DNA from: a virus
IMG/VR virus record: IMGVR_UViG_3300002098_000039
DNA: 59,133 nt
Reading direction: 5' to 3' (one strand)
Shown: in pieces, positions 27,103-36,885 of the stretch
Numbering within the stretch: position 1 is the first letter of the stretch
Layout: each line of letters opens with the position of its first letter
The notes under the pieces: model-generated
What the model saw: the letters and a program-made list of their open reading frames with translations, nothing else
Told to the model about the DNA's origin: nothing
Database searches by the model: none
Translations under genes and position numbers: made by a program

Positions 27103-27878
27103 CCCGGCCATACCATCCCTTGCGGTCCGTAATAACCTCCGTTACTACACGCCCCCCATGACGCGCCCCCATTACGCGCCGTTATCCACTCAGGATAATG
27201 ATCCTGACATGTCGTGTTTTCATTGCCATCTCTGACTCGCGCCTGAGCTATCATACCTTCTGCGCGTTTCATGGCTGCGCCCATTAATGGCAGATTCATA
27301 GCCAATGCCGGAACAAGGTACGCCGCAAGAGACTGAACCATTGCTTCTTCAAAGAGTGAATCCCAGATTACCGGATTAGATTGGTTGACAGTGTAGACGA
27401 GTACCGCCTGTGTCTGGTTAGTCAATACTGTCTGAATTGGATTACCTGAAACATCCGTCGCATATGCTACCTGGAACGGTATCTGGCCGTTTCCCGACAG
27501 CCAACTCTGTGACGCTACAAATGCGCCGCCGATACTTCCTGTGCCTTGTGCTGGGAAGTTAGGGATTATGTTCCGCGCTTGGAGACAATCTGAAGGTAGC
27601 TGGTAACTGTACAACCACGGGGTCGGCGGTAACGGTAATGTTGTGCCTTGTGGATTCTCCGGGGTTCCGGCTGCTGCGGTTAGGAGGCTAAGAACTGCTT
27701 GCTGGCGGAGACAGTTCCAAAAAGCACTCCGAGCTAAACTTTCAAAACAGGGGTTATAGAGAACAGAACAGGCATTGGCTTCTGTGCTGCCTTCGTTCAA
27801 ATTACTAATTTGGGCGCGTGCGCCCAGACTTAGCAAACTACGGTTGCAAACCGAAACTACGGATGTCGATGCGGTCAT
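27099..27878 (-). CDS. Tail tubular protein A / adaptor-like protein
   Basis: N-terminal VCNRSLLSLGARAQISNLNEGSTEANACSVLY...FWNC pattern and its position. Confidence 0.5.
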   Translation of the reverse strand: MTASTSVVSVCNRSLLSLGARAQISNLNEGSTEANACSVLYNPCFESLARSAFWNCLRQQAVLSLLTAAAGTPENPQGTTLPLPPTPWLYSYQLPSDCLQARNIIPNFPAQGTGSIGGAFVASQSWLSGNGQIPFQVAYATDVSGNPIQTVLTNQTQAVLVYTVNQSNPVIWDSLFEEAMVQSLAAYLVPALAMNLPLMGAAMKRAEGMIAQARVRDGNENTTCQDHYPEWITARNGGASWGACSNGGYYGPQGMVWPG

Positions 27879-27902
27879 TAGGCTCTCCTACGCCCAATGG
27901 CA

Positions 27903-28244
27903 TCAGCCTAACGGGCGAAATTCTGGTTCTTTTTCGTCTTCTTCCTCGTTCTCTTCCGATTCGTCCTCTAACGCGATATGCGTCATACAGAGTTCGATAC
28001 GGCATTTTGGCTCCCCATTCACTTCGTTTTTGGAAACCGAAGTTACTTTAGCGAAAGCGAAAACATGGATGTAATCACCCACTTCTACGTCATCATCAAG
28101 ATCGAGCTTTGACAGCTCCTGCTCAGTCAAGCAAAAGTGAAGGCCATACGGGTAGTCCGGTTGGCTGTATTCAGCTAAGGAAGGCAGTGCTTCCTTCTCT
28201 TCTGTCGAACGCGCCATGTCGGCCATTGCGGGGAGTTTACGCAT
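27903..28244 (-). CDS. Acidic protein of unknown function
   Basis: ORF in the late operon; C-terminal EDESEENEEEDEKE. Confidence 0.5.
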   Translation of the reverse strand: MRKLPAMADMARSTEEKEALPSLAEYSQPDYPYGLHFCLTEQELSKLDLDDDVEVGDYIHVFAFAKVTSVSKNEVNGEPKCRIELCMTHIALEDESEENEEEDEKEPEFRPLG

Positions 28245-28254
28245 AAATAACCTT

Positions 28255-29286
28255 TTAGTTCATCGCGTTTGCTTGTGAGAACCAGTAGAGGATGTCGGTG
28301 GCGGTCGTCGCAGCGTTGCCAGTGATGGCCACGATAATAGGGGATGCAGTTGTGCCAGCGACCGTTTGCGGCGTCACCAGAGTAGAGACTACTGCACCTA
28401 TCTGAGTTGACTCATGCAAACAAAGTTGGGTATTAGCCGTAGAAGTATTGAACACTTGGGCGTTAATCTGCCAGCCGGCCGCCCCAGTTGTGGTGTAAGC
28501 GCCGGAATCAGCGATTACAATCCCGCCGGTCACGGTGGATCCGACAGTCGCTGTAGTGCAATTATAGTATATCTTGACACGTTTACTGTTCGTGTTGCTA
28601 GCTACGCCGCCGCAAGCAGTGATCGCTATACCACGTCCGTTAATGTCAAAAGAGTTGGCCGGAATAGTGAAAGTGGCTAGAACGTAATCCCCAGCAGTAC
28701 CGGCTGGGTTCGTGGCCGCGCCCTTAATGTCACGGTAGATGTTACCTTCTTCCGGAAAAGTGCCGGTGCCTGAACCAAATAAAGTAACTTCGGTCGGGGG
28801 GTTAGCACCTGAGAAAGTATTGTAATCCGATTCGACAGCGTACAAAGTTATGGTTGACGCAGTAGAGTAAGTGAGCAACAAACGTGTAGTGCTATTCGCG
28901 CCTACCGTGGTGATGTTACTGATAGTTACGTTCGCACCGCCAGTTAAAGTAGCCGTGTATGCGGTATTGTTCACATAAATAACTTCAAACGACTCCCCTA
29001 CTACTGCAAGCGCCGGAAGCGCGGCGATAATATTCGCAGCAGTATCTGTTGTGTCAGTAAAGGCCGAAGTCGGGCCGGTGCGCGTGATTAACCGCGCAAC
29101 GAGCAAAGCCGCCGTTAGAGTCCCCGCGCCGACTGTCGTCAAATTGTTGTTAACGATAGTTGGCTGCCCGCCCGTTACAGCTAACGCTGCAACTTGACCG
29201 GTAGTTACTTGTTGCGTAACAGGTGAAAGACCGCCGGTTGGAGATACACCTTGTACCTGAAAAACTTCCGTACCTAGTAAAGCCAT
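28255..29286 (-). CDS. Virion structural protein (unknown role)
   Basis: 343-aa Thr/Ala/Gly/Val-rich ORF in the head-tail module. Confidence 0.5.
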   Translation of the reverse strand: MALLGTEVFQVQGVSPTGGLSPVTQQVTTGQVAALAVTGGQPTIVNNNLTTVGAGTLTAALLVARLITRTGPTSAFTDTTDTAANIIAALPALAVVGESFEVIYVNNTAYTATLTGGANVTISNITTVGANSTTRLLLTYSTASTITLYAVESDYNTFSGANPPTEVTLFGSGTGTFPEEGNIYRDIKGAATNPAGTAGDYVLATFTIPANSFDINGRGIAITACGGVASNTNSKRVKIYYNCTTATVGSTVTGGIVIADSGAYTTTGAAGWQINAQVFNTSTANTQLCLHESTQIGAVVSTLVTPQTVAGTTASPIIVAITGNAATTATDILYWFSQANAMN

Positions 29287-29293
29287 GATTCAT

Positions 29294-29728
29294 TTACTCC
29301 TTGGATTTTTCTACTTTTTCAATTTTCGCTTCACCAGCGCCTGACCCTTCAGTGCCGTGTTCTTTCTCGTGGCGCTCATGCATTTTTTTCATTTCTGAAT
29401 GATGACGCTCATGCATTTCTTTGTGTTCACGTTCATGTTTTTCATGTAAGGCGTGTTTCTCGCCCTTAGCGTGCATGTGTTCCATAGCGTGTTTAGTATG
29501 CAGATCCACATGCTCTTTAATGTGGCGATGGCGCATCTCCATACGCTCACCCGCATGACGATCAGGCATACCAAAGCCGTCAGCCGGGACATTAGTCCCT
29601 TCAGCGCGTTCTGTCTGCTCTTTTTCCGTATCTTTCTCCTTACGAACTTTCATCTCACCGGAAGCATCGTCACGCTTCATTTTAGGAGATTCTTTGTACA
29701 TTTTAGTGTGCATTGGTTCTTTAGCCAT
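29294..29728 (-). CDS. Histidine-rich charged protein
   Basis: 19 His in 144 aa, 18 of them in a 67-aa stretch (HAGERMEMRHRHIKEH...HERHEKEH). Confidence 0.6.
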   Translation of the reverse strand: MAKEPMHTKMYKESPKMKRDDASGEMKVRKEKDTEKEQTERAEGTNVPADGFGMPDRHAGERMEMRHRHIKEHVDLHTKHAMEHMHAKGEKHALHEKHEREHKEMHERHHSEMKKMHERHEKEHGTEGSGAGEAKIEKVEKSKE

Positions 29729-29738
29729 AGTGTTTCCT

Positions 29739-29975
29739 TTACTCTTTTGAGCCGTACATCTTATGACGCAGTGCTTTGTGATTAACTTTATGACTCATAT
29801 TCATAAGTGTCTTCGCTAAACGCGCTTCTTTACCGAGTTTTCCTTTATCGCCTTCATGCTCAGAGGCGAATTCTGCTGTGGATTTCCCTGCATGTTCAGC
29901 TTTTTCTTTGAACAGCCCTTTATGAGAAGGTTTAACCGCGCCTTTGATCCACTTATGTTTTTTCTTATCAGCCAT
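29739..29975 (-). CDS. Lys/His-rich small protein
   Basis: ORF in the late operon. Confidence 0.5.
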   Translation of the reverse strand: MADKKKHKWIKGAVKPSHKGLFKEKAEHAGKSTAEFASEHEGDKGKLGKEARLAKTLMNMSHKVNHKALRHKMYGSKE

Positions 29976-29981
29976 TTCAGC

Positions 29982-30479
29982 CTACTTCCTGTTCAAACCG
30001 CTGTCGGTCGTACCGTTAGCCGCATCACGCCCAACATTCGTTTTATCGACGATATCAATACCTACTACATCGCTAACGTCAATTTTAGCCGCGCGAGAAG
30101 CTTTACGTTTGTCATTGCCGAGGATAGGCGCTTCGCGTTTAGCACCTAACACATTAGCTTTACGACTAGAGTGGGTGGGCGCAGTGTAAATATTATCGAA
30201 AGCATCTAGGACGCTGATAAAGGCCGTGTTTTCTTTATCGGCTTTAGCGCGTCCTAGATTATCCAACTTACTAAGGAAATTACGCATACTTGAGATCGCC
30301 AACTCGTTCAAAGGCTCCATGTCCTGATTAGGTTCATCCGTAAACTGAATGATTGTGCCAGGAGTGAGCAGTTCGTCATCGCAATAGAAACCCGAACCTG
30401 AAACCCGGTAGACAGGTACGTCTTGCGGGATTGCTACAGGTGCTACATTGCGATTAGGTGGGGAACTGAAAAGCTGCAT
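29982..30479 (-). CDS. Hypothetical structural-module protein
   Basis: ORF in the late operon. Confidence 0.5.
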   Translation of the reverse strand: MQLFSSPPNRNVAPVAIPQDVPVYRVSGSGFYCDDELLTPGTIIQFTDEPNQDMEPLNELAISSMRNFLSKLDNLGRAKADKENTAFISVLDAFDNIYTAPTHSSRKANVLGAKREAPILGNDKRKASRAAKIDVSDVVGIDIVDKTNVGRDAANGTTDSGLNRK

Positions 30480-30497
30480 AAAAATCCTATTTAGTTA

Positions 30498-31022
30498 TTA
30501 AAAGTTCAAGTTATTTCCATACTTGGTGACATCACGTACTGTAGCCGGATTCAACACTAAGTTAGCGTTGAACGTAGCCGAGAACGTGCTGGAAACCGTA
30601 TAAACCAACTGGTAAAAACGCGGAAGCGCAATGCCGGGAGGTGTAGGCGGAACTTGGAAAATATGCTGAAAACCGGCGGTAATAGCAGTACCAGCAAATG
30701 CCGCCGAAGTGTAAAGCACAGTGTAGCTGCCAGCGGAGCCGCTACCGTTATCCGGCGCGGATTGTAAGGTGAACGTTACAGTACCCGCGCCCGTACCAGC
30801 GGTCGATAGCGCGTTGGTGATAACGACATCAGGGATGGCCATACCATCGCCTGCGCCAATATCAAGAAAGATGTTAGTGTTCTTTCCGCTGGTGCCGATC
30901 ATAGCCGTAGGAAGATTGCCCACGCCCGCGCCCGTAACATCAAACACGTTAGTAGCGTTAGCAGTGGTAGTAATCGCCTGTGCGACAGAAAACTGTGCGC
31001 CAGAGGTTGTTTCAACGTACAT
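30498..31022 (-). CDS. Capsid-associated protein (decoration/minor capsid candidate)
   Basis: 174-aa ORF immediately downstream of the major capsid gene. Confidence 0.45.
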   Translation of the reverse strand: MYVETTSGAQFSVAQAITTTANATNVFDVTGAGVGNLPTAMIGTSGKNTNIFLDIGAGDGMAIPDVVITNALSTAGTGAGTVTFTLQSAPDNGSGSAGSYTVLYTSAAFAGTAITAGFQHIFQVPPTPPGIALPRFYQLVYTVSSTFSATFNANLVLNPATVRDVTKYGNNLNF

Positions 31023-31033
31023 AGGTGTTCTCC

Positions 31034-32086
31034 TTACGAAATGGTGGATTCAGTGTTGATAAGCGCATCGCAAACACGCACTGGGACATCACGCCACATC
31101 AGAACAGGCTCACCAGCATATTCTTTAAAGCCGATAAGAACGTTCTTGTCACGGATTGCTTGAATTTCCAAGTACGTCTTCACAGTACGATTAGCGTAGA
31201 TAGCAGGATTGATACCTGGTTTTGGATCACCTGGAGAATCTACTTCTTCAATACCGGACAGACGGCGTGTTGCAGTCGGCAGTTTATTAGCCGCCGTAGC
31301 AAGAAGCACATTTAAGTCAGGAGGATTGGTACCAGCGAGACCAGCGGTTGTCGTATCTAAGTTAGCGATACGAACGTTGTACTGCCAGTTCTTTACGCAA
31401 AGACCGATTTTCCATTCAAAGTACGAGGTATAGCCTTCATAACCGTTGCCGTTGGTGTCGTACAACTCACGGACATCGCCCTTATCTTCGTACACAAGAC
31501 CTGCTTGTGAACCTTTTGGAAAGATAGCGAATGTGGTATTGTCGCCCCAACCTACCAACCAGATAGAAGAATTAGAACTACCTGTACCGCCACCGTTAAT
31601 GACGTTTTTAGCTGTCTGCGCGGTGGTCTGAGTAAGAGTATTGTAGTATGGAGCAAAACCGGTGAACTGATTCTGGTTAACCTGTTCGTTTGAATAGAAC
31701 ATGGCGGTAGCAACCTGCTGGCTCAAACCTTCGATATGCGCCTGATCCTGAGTCCAACGGAATTTGCCAACTTGACCGTTCAGAGTAGCTTCAGCCTTAT
31801 CTACCTTGCTGTAATCGGTCAACATACCAATACTGAACTGGTATTGTGCGAACAAAGGTTTGCTCGAAGGCGTGCCTTGGTTATTACCACGCCAAATACC
31901 CTGTGGCAAACCGCTGTTGATAGAGACTTTATGTCCTAAAGGCATGTTGCCTTCTTGGAAAATCATATCTTTTAAGACATCGTTTGCTTGCGCGAGCAAC
32001 CACGCGATATCGGCTATTTCGCCGTCTGGGTCAACCATACGCGCCCAGTCAACTAGATTCGGGTAGATATTATTGCTGAAAGCCAC
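31034..32086 (-). CDS. Major capsid protein
   Basis: 350-aa ORF after the scaffold gene. N-terminal NLVDWARMVDPDGEIADIAWLLAQANDVLKDM and overall pattern typical of podovirus HK97-fold capsid proteins. Confidence 0.75.
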   Translation of the reverse strand: MAFSNNIYPNLVDWARMVDPDGEIADIAWLLAQANDVLKDMIFQEGNMPLGHKVSINSGLPQGIWRGNNQGTPSSKPLFAQYQFSIGMLTDYSKVDKAEATLNGQVGKFRWTQDQAHIEGLSQQVATAMFYSNEQVNQNQFTGFAPYYNTLTQTTAQTAKNVINGGGTGSSNSSIWLVGWGDNTTFAIFPKGSQAGLVYEDKGDVRELYDTNGNGYEGYTSYFEWKIGLCVKNWQYNVRIANLDTTTAGLAGTNPPDLNVLLATAANKLPTATRRLSGIEEVDSPGDPKPGINPAIYANRTVKTYLEIQAIRDKNVLIGFKEYAGEPVLMWRDVPVRVCDALINTESTIS

Positions 32087-32100
32087 GGTAAGTACTCCTT

Positions 32101-32889
32101 TTATAACGAGAAATCTGTGTTTCTCTTGTGTTTAAATTGTAGTTTTTCACGGATACGCAAAGTGTGCTTTTCCGAGTAGTCCATAAGGCCCAAAACCTGG
32201 TTTTTGTTCTTTTCGAGATTGCCTAGTAAAGTGTTGCAGTGAAAACAAAGAAGCGCCCTAAACTCCCCGGTATTATGGCAATGGTCGATAAAAGCTCTAT
32301 CATTACCACGTACTACATCGATGAATATCTCTTTGCCGCACGCTCTATTCGCGCACAACCCGTGTTGAGACTCATAAGCCGTTTTAAGTTCACCAGAACT
32401 TATCCCGTAGACTCTTCCTAAATATTTATCAGAAAGAATGTACTTTTTATGACTCTTAGCCACGGCCTCTTTATGACGCTTCATCTTTTCAGGAAATTCC
32501 TTAAGACTGTCCATAAAACGTTGGGTGCGCGCCGCTGTCAAATCAGCATTAAGCCGACCTTCTTGGCGCCACTGTTTCTTTAGGACTCTATCGCAAGGCT
32601 TACACTTGTATGAATGCCCACCATTTTTCTTCACATTCTGCGCTTTATACGAGAACTCAGAAATTGGCTTCAGCATCCGACAAGCAGAGCAAGTCGCCTC
32701 AGAAGGCAAAACCTTTGTACGGTCATTTTTAGGATGCGCCATGCGATAAACTTCATTTACGCACACTTTGCACCTAGGAACGCAGCCGGTATCACCCTTT
32801 TTAGAGTAAGCAAACTCGGTACGTGATTTTTCAATCTTGCAACGAGAACAAACCTTGGTTAATTCTGCGATTTTCAACACATTGCTCAT
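32101..32889 (-). CDS. Free-standing endonuclease VII-type (HNH-superfamily) homing endonuclease with N-terminal repeated zinc fingers
   Basis: IDHCHNTGEFRALLCFHCNTLLGNLE (T4 endonuclease VII motif). Two N-terminal CxxC...CxxC modules. Inserted between the scaffold and capsid genes. Confidence 0.8.
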   Translation of the reverse strand: MSNVLKIAELTKVCSRCKIEKSRTEFAYSKKGDTGCVPRCKVCVNEVYRMAHPKNDRTKVLPSEATCSACRMLKPISEFSYKAQNVKKNGGHSYKCKPCDRVLKKQWRQEGRLNADLTAARTQRFMDSLKEFPEKMKRHKEAVAKSHKKYILSDKYLGRVYGISSGELKTAYESQHGLCANRACGKEIFIDVVRGNDRAFIDHCHNTGEFRALLCFHCNTLLGNLEKNKNQVLGLMDYSEKHTLRIREKLQFKHKRNTDFSL

Positions 32890-33695
32890 GACGTGCTACC
32901 ATAACGCTTGGCAATCTTACTTTTAGACTCCGATACAGGTTTTGGCGCTGCCAATTGCACAGGGGTCTTAAAAGTAGAACTGTTTTTAACATTCATGATG
33001 AAACGAACGATGTCAGGGTGCGCATCAGCTCCGGTTTCTTTCAGCGCAGCATAGAAAGCATCTTGCTGCGTTTGAGTTCCGCCATGAGTCTTAATAAACT
33101 CTTTCGCTTCGCGCAAAGTAGTCTCAAATCGATTACCCCCTAATTCGGGATCCGCCTTAAAACTCTCCACCCACGCCGTCTTTTTCTTATTCCATTCCTG
33201 AACATAAGACTCGCGTTGGCGTGTCAACACGTTCTGAATTTCTGCAATATGCCGGTCTACTAACTGCTGGCCGAGCTTCTGCACTTCCTCATGCGAGGCT
33301 TTTGTAGTGCGTTCAAACTCTGCTAGCTGATTAGTGAACTCGCTAAGTTTACCTTCCTCGATGGTCACGCCTTCGGGTACAGTAAACTTCTCATAAGTTG
33401 GCAGCGGAGCTGGTTCTTCAGACTGGCTGGCGTCCTTATTCTTTGCCTCTACCGGCTTTTCAGCTTCGGCGGGCTTAACTTCTGGTTCTTTTACGTCTGG
33501 GGTGAGAAGCGACGTTTCAGCAGGTTTCGTTTCTGCTGGCGCTTCGACTACCGTTTCGACAATCGGCGCCGCAGCTTCTGCTACTGGCGCGGTGGTAACT
33601 GTTTCAGTAACCACTGGACTCGGTGTTGGGGCTGCAGCTTCGGTCGCTACCGGTTGTGCCGCTGGAGTTGTGCTGTTTACAATCTCATCAACCAT
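32886..33695 (-). CDS. Scaffolding protein
   Basis: Acidic, helical ORF with a Pro/Ala/Val/Glu-rich N-terminus, located between portal and capsid. Confidence 0.55.
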   Translation of the reverse strand: MVDEIVNSTTPAAQPVATEAAAPTPSPVVTETVTTAPVAEAAAPIVETVVEAPAETKPAETSLLTPDVKEPEVKPAEAEKPVEAKNKDASQSEEPAPLPTYEKFTVPEGVTIEEGKLSEFTNQLAEFERTTKASHEEVQKLGQQLVDRHIAEIQNVLTRQRESYVQEWNKKKTAWVESFKADPELGGNRFETTLREAKEFIKTHGGTQTQQDAFYAALKETGADAHPDIVRFIMNVKNSSTFKTPVQLAAPKPVSESKSKIAKRYGSTS

Positions 33696-33791
33696 TTATA
33701 CGTTCCGTATTTCGGACTTCTTGTTTCTCGATCTTTGTCGAGATTTGAAAACAGTATCACATAAAACATGTAGTCTGTAAATAGGGAAATA

Positions 33792-34175
33792 TCATTCCAA
33801 ACCGTTAGGCGGAAATAACGGCGATAGTTTTTTCGCTTCACATTCACCCAGCATAACACCAAATTTATCCGGTGCGGCCTTACGCATATCAGATAATAAT
33901 TGCAACCCTACAAACCTTTTACCTTCTCGAAAAGCCGTGCCTTCTGCGGGTTCCCCGAATACATAGCTAGTGCGAAAAACATCCGTCGTAACTAGGAGCA
34001 TGTACAGCCATTCCCGGCCATCTTCATGCTCCATAAGCGCTTGTACAACTTTCAGGCTTTTCTTTTTGCGCCGCCCAGCTCTAGCCCTAGCAACGTTCAC
34101 TTGTTGCGGGTCATTGGCATCATAATTTTCTTCTTGAAGTATCTCTTGTTCGGCAATCCCTGGAAAATCGGTCAT
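33792..34175 (-). CDS. Hypothetical protein
   Basis: ORF in the late operon. Confidence 0.5.
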   Translation of the reverse strand: MTDFPGIAEQEILQEENYDANDPQQVNVARARAGRRKKKSLKVVQALMEHEDGREWLYMLLVTTDVFRTSYVFGEPAEGTAFREGKRFVGLQLLSDMRKAAPDKFGVMLGECEAKKLSPLFPPNGLE

Positions 34176-34426
34176 TAATGTACTTCAGGGGCATCTGTCG
34201 CGGTTCGCGCTATGATCGCATCCAATCGACGATTTTTTGCTGTTTCAGAGATGGAAGCAGATCTGTACGCCGCTTCACCCCGCTGACGTAATATTTCTAA
34301 TTGTTGCGCCATTTTATTCCAAGTTATATTACTCGTGAGTCTACGTAGCTCATCGCAGCGCGATACTGCTTTTTTTAAATTCTCCGAAAATATCTCTTGC
34401 GCTTGTTTCTCTGTAAGATCACTCAT
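34175..34426 (-). CDS. Hypothetical protein
   Basis: Coupled ORF. Confidence 0.5.
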   Translation of the reverse strand: MSDLTEKQAQEIFSENLKKAVSRCDELRRLTSNITWNKMAQQLEILRQRGEAAYRSASISETAKNRRLDAIIARTATDAPEVH

Positions 34427-34638
34427 ACAACTAACGGCTTTCTGGCGGTGGCCAACATCGACGACCTAGATGCCACGGCTAAAACACCTTCTTTTGTGAG
34501 TTCGAGGGCGTCACGGATAACCATAAAACTAGGAGCATCGCCGCTATAGTACATCAGTCCCGTAGCCGCGCCACTGGCCTGACTTATGGCGTCGATTAAA
34601 TCTTTCAACAGTTCAATCTTTGTTTTTGCGGATGTCAT
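34423..34638 (-). CDS. Hypothetical protein
   Basis: ATGA-coupled ORF. Confidence 0.5.
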   Translation of the reverse strand: MTSAKTKIELLKDLIDAISQASGAATGLMYYSGDAPSFMVIRDALELTKEGVLAVASRSSMLATARKPLVV

Positions 34639-34781
34639 TTTTCGTCCTCCCTAACTATCTCTAGTCTAGCAGGGTATTTCAATTTTTCAACTTTTTCTTT
34701 AAAAGCTTTTTGTGATCCAATGGGTGCTATAGCCTTCACAACAGCCATTTCAATCTTCGGAAATGGTTTCCTTGATTTCAT
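34635..34781 (-). CDS. Hypothetical small protein (48 aa from ATG 34781; the ORF track extends it to 34847)
   Basis: The internal ATG lies 1 nt after the portal stop. The longer version would overlap the portal gene by 65 nt. Confidence 0.4.
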   Translation of the reverse strand: MKSRKPFPKIEMAVVKAIAPIGSQKAFKEKVEKLKYPARLEIVREDEK

Positions 34782-34782
34782 A

Positions 34783-36687
34783 TCACCGACCTGCAAAAGA
34801 CCCTGAAGGCTGACCACCCAATACCGCTGAGAGAGCGTCCTGGCCACCGCCTATTTGGGTGTTAGCTAAAGTCTGCGCGGCCTGCGCTCCAACAGCGGCG
34901 GTCTGCGCCACATGCTGCTGCGCCGCCATTTTTTGTGCCTGTCGAGCCTGCTGTGCGTCTTGCTGCGCGAGTTTCTGCACATCCTCCGGCGAACGAAGAA
35001 TAGACTGCGGATTATCCAACATATCACTAAATTCGCGCACAAAACCTTCTGGGTCAAGAATGTTTTTTACTTGCGGGTAGACAGCCACCATATTACCTAT
35101 CAAGGCCACAATCCTCTCTAACCCCCCTGTTTTAGAAGCTTTCTGCGCCAAAGCGAGAATAGAAATAAATTCTAAATCTAACGGTACGCCCTTCATGCTG
35201 TCCGGCGCAGGAGGCAGCATGCCCTTACGTTGCATAATGCCGTAAATAGTTTTCAATTTAGGTTTAAGGGACTCTGTCAAAAGATTCTCAATAACCGGCC
35301 CTAGCACTTGCATCTTTTCTTGAACTTTTTGAGCAACCTCGTAGGCTGTCTGCCTCTGCGTAGGGTTTTCGGATAACATCAAAAACAGGTCAGTGAATAA
35401 CCCTTTTCCGATTCGGGTTCCTATTTGCTGAATCAACCCCGCTAACCCCTTAATATCTGGATTCACTTCGTACAAAGACCGCATACCCTTACCTGGGCCA
35501 ATGTCTGGCACATACGTTACATGCCCCGGTAAAGACGACGATGGCTGGTTCTTCATCGACATATCCGCGATTAATGGCGGGCGAACTTGTTTTTCAATGG
35601 CCTCAGATAACCGCACAGTCATAACCTGCAACTGGATAACATCAGGCAATACATCCATACCCGGTGATCTGCCGTATGCGTCATTGGATTGCGTAGCCCA
35701 ACGGGCGGCGGTAAATGGCGCCTCCACAAAACCCCGCACTGATAAGGCCTGCTTACCCCCGCTGCCGTACACCCAATATACTTCGCGGTACGTAAAATTG
35801 CCCGGAACTTTGCCTATTCCTTTTACCTCATAATTAGGCTCAATAGCGTGGGCTACAGTTCGTTCGGTATCCATAGCGCTCCCCTTAGCATCCCACAACT
35901 TACGCACATCTTCCGGACAGTTCTCTAGTCCGAAGAAATCTACTATTTGTGAAATAGTCATAACAAATTGGCGGAACAACCCGTCTATACGCATAGTCGC
36001 CCCACTAGATAGATAATACTCGCCGTTTGCGGGGTTATAACAACGTATTAGATCTTGCTCGTCTTCATAAATTATGGTCGGGGCGGTGCCATATACAACT
36101 AAATCCTCGCATTCTTGTGCAAAAGAATTATAAAAATTAGACCCCGCAGCTACGGTGTACATACGGTTCTCTATTTCGTCCATCCACGCCCTTCCGGCTG
36201 CATCTGCTTGAAAACTCTTATTCTTTGGAACTACTTTAAACCAAGGGCGCGAAGGGGAAGCCAAACCGCTCATCAAACCTGCGGAACAAACACGTACAGA
36301 AAAAGTACCTGTGGGGTCTTTAATAGCGTCATTCAGCAATCGACCGCGTGTCATATTATTAGGCGAAGGTATGCCCCCTGTGGACTGCGTCTGCCATATC
36401 GACCTACGCGGAAGAAGATACATTGCAAGCGTAGACCAATTTTGTGTCCACCAGCTATTTCGCCACATCCTGAGCGAAACAAGCCGCGATTCTAAATGCC
36501 CTTTCAGTATGCTCCACTCGTTTATGGCTTTTTCAGAAATCACTTTCTCATCTATGTCACCATCTTGTTGCGCTAGCAGCGAAGGGGACGCATGTGTGTA
36601 AGGGGCGTCTTCGGACGCCTCTGACTTTTCTGCCTTATTAGCTTCCCCGTAGAGTTTAGCCTGTAGTTTAGACGGGCTTGTAGTCAT
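34783..36687 (-). CDS. Portal (head-to-tail connector) protein
   Basis: 634-aa ORF. The pattern LRMWRNSWWTQNWSTLAMYLLPRR... is characteristic of T7-like connectors. Gln/Ala-rich C-terminus. Confidence 0.8.
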   Translation of the reverse strand: MTTSPSKLQAKLYGEANKAEKSEASEDAPYTHASPSLLAQQDGDIDEKVISEKAINEWSILKGHLESRLVSLRMWRNSWWTQNWSTLAMYLLPRRSIWQTQSTGGIPSPNNMTRGRLLNDAIKDPTGTFSVRVCSAGLMSGLASPSRPWFKVVPKNKSFQADAAGRAWMDEIENRMYTVAAGSNFYNSFAQECEDLVVYGTAPTIIYEDEQDLIRCYNPANGEYYLSSGATMRIDGLFRQFVMTISQIVDFFGLENCPEDVRKLWDAKGSAMDTERTVAHAIEPNYEVKGIGKVPGNFTYREVYWVYGSGGKQALSVRGFVEAPFTAARWATQSNDAYGRSPGMDVLPDVIQLQVMTVRLSEAIEKQVRPPLIADMSMKNQPSSSLPGHVTYVPDIGPGKGMRSLYEVNPDIKGLAGLIQQIGTRIGKGLFTDLFLMLSENPTQRQTAYEVAQKVQEKMQVLGPVIENLLTESLKPKLKTIYGIMQRKGMLPPAPDSMKGVPLDLEFISILALAQKASKTGGLERIVALIGNMVAVYPQVKNILDPEGFVREFSDMLDNPQSILRSPEDVQKLAQQDAQQARQAQKMAAQQHVAQTAAVGAQAAQTLANTQIGGGQDALSAVLGGQPSGSFAGR

Positions 36688-36729
36688 TTTTTATCTTTCC
36701 GCCCTCTTGATCGGGGCGTTTTGAGTGTG

Positions 36730-36885
36730 TTAGTTATTAGAAATGCGCGCTCCATCAACTAATTCGTTATTTGCCACTTTAGTAATAGCTGAAAAAGTCA
36801 TCGACGGATTTACTAACTTAAAAAGAGATTCAGCTATACGCTCTAGCGCTTCAGCTATGCGTATATCGGGGTGTATTTCATCCAT
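36730..36885 (-). CDS. Hypothetical small protein (51 aa)
   Basis: Hand-translated; its start overlaps the upstream stop by 1 nt. Confidence 0.3.
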   Translation of the reverse strand: MDEIHPDIRIAEALERIAESLFKLVNPSMTFSAITKVANNELVDGARISNN

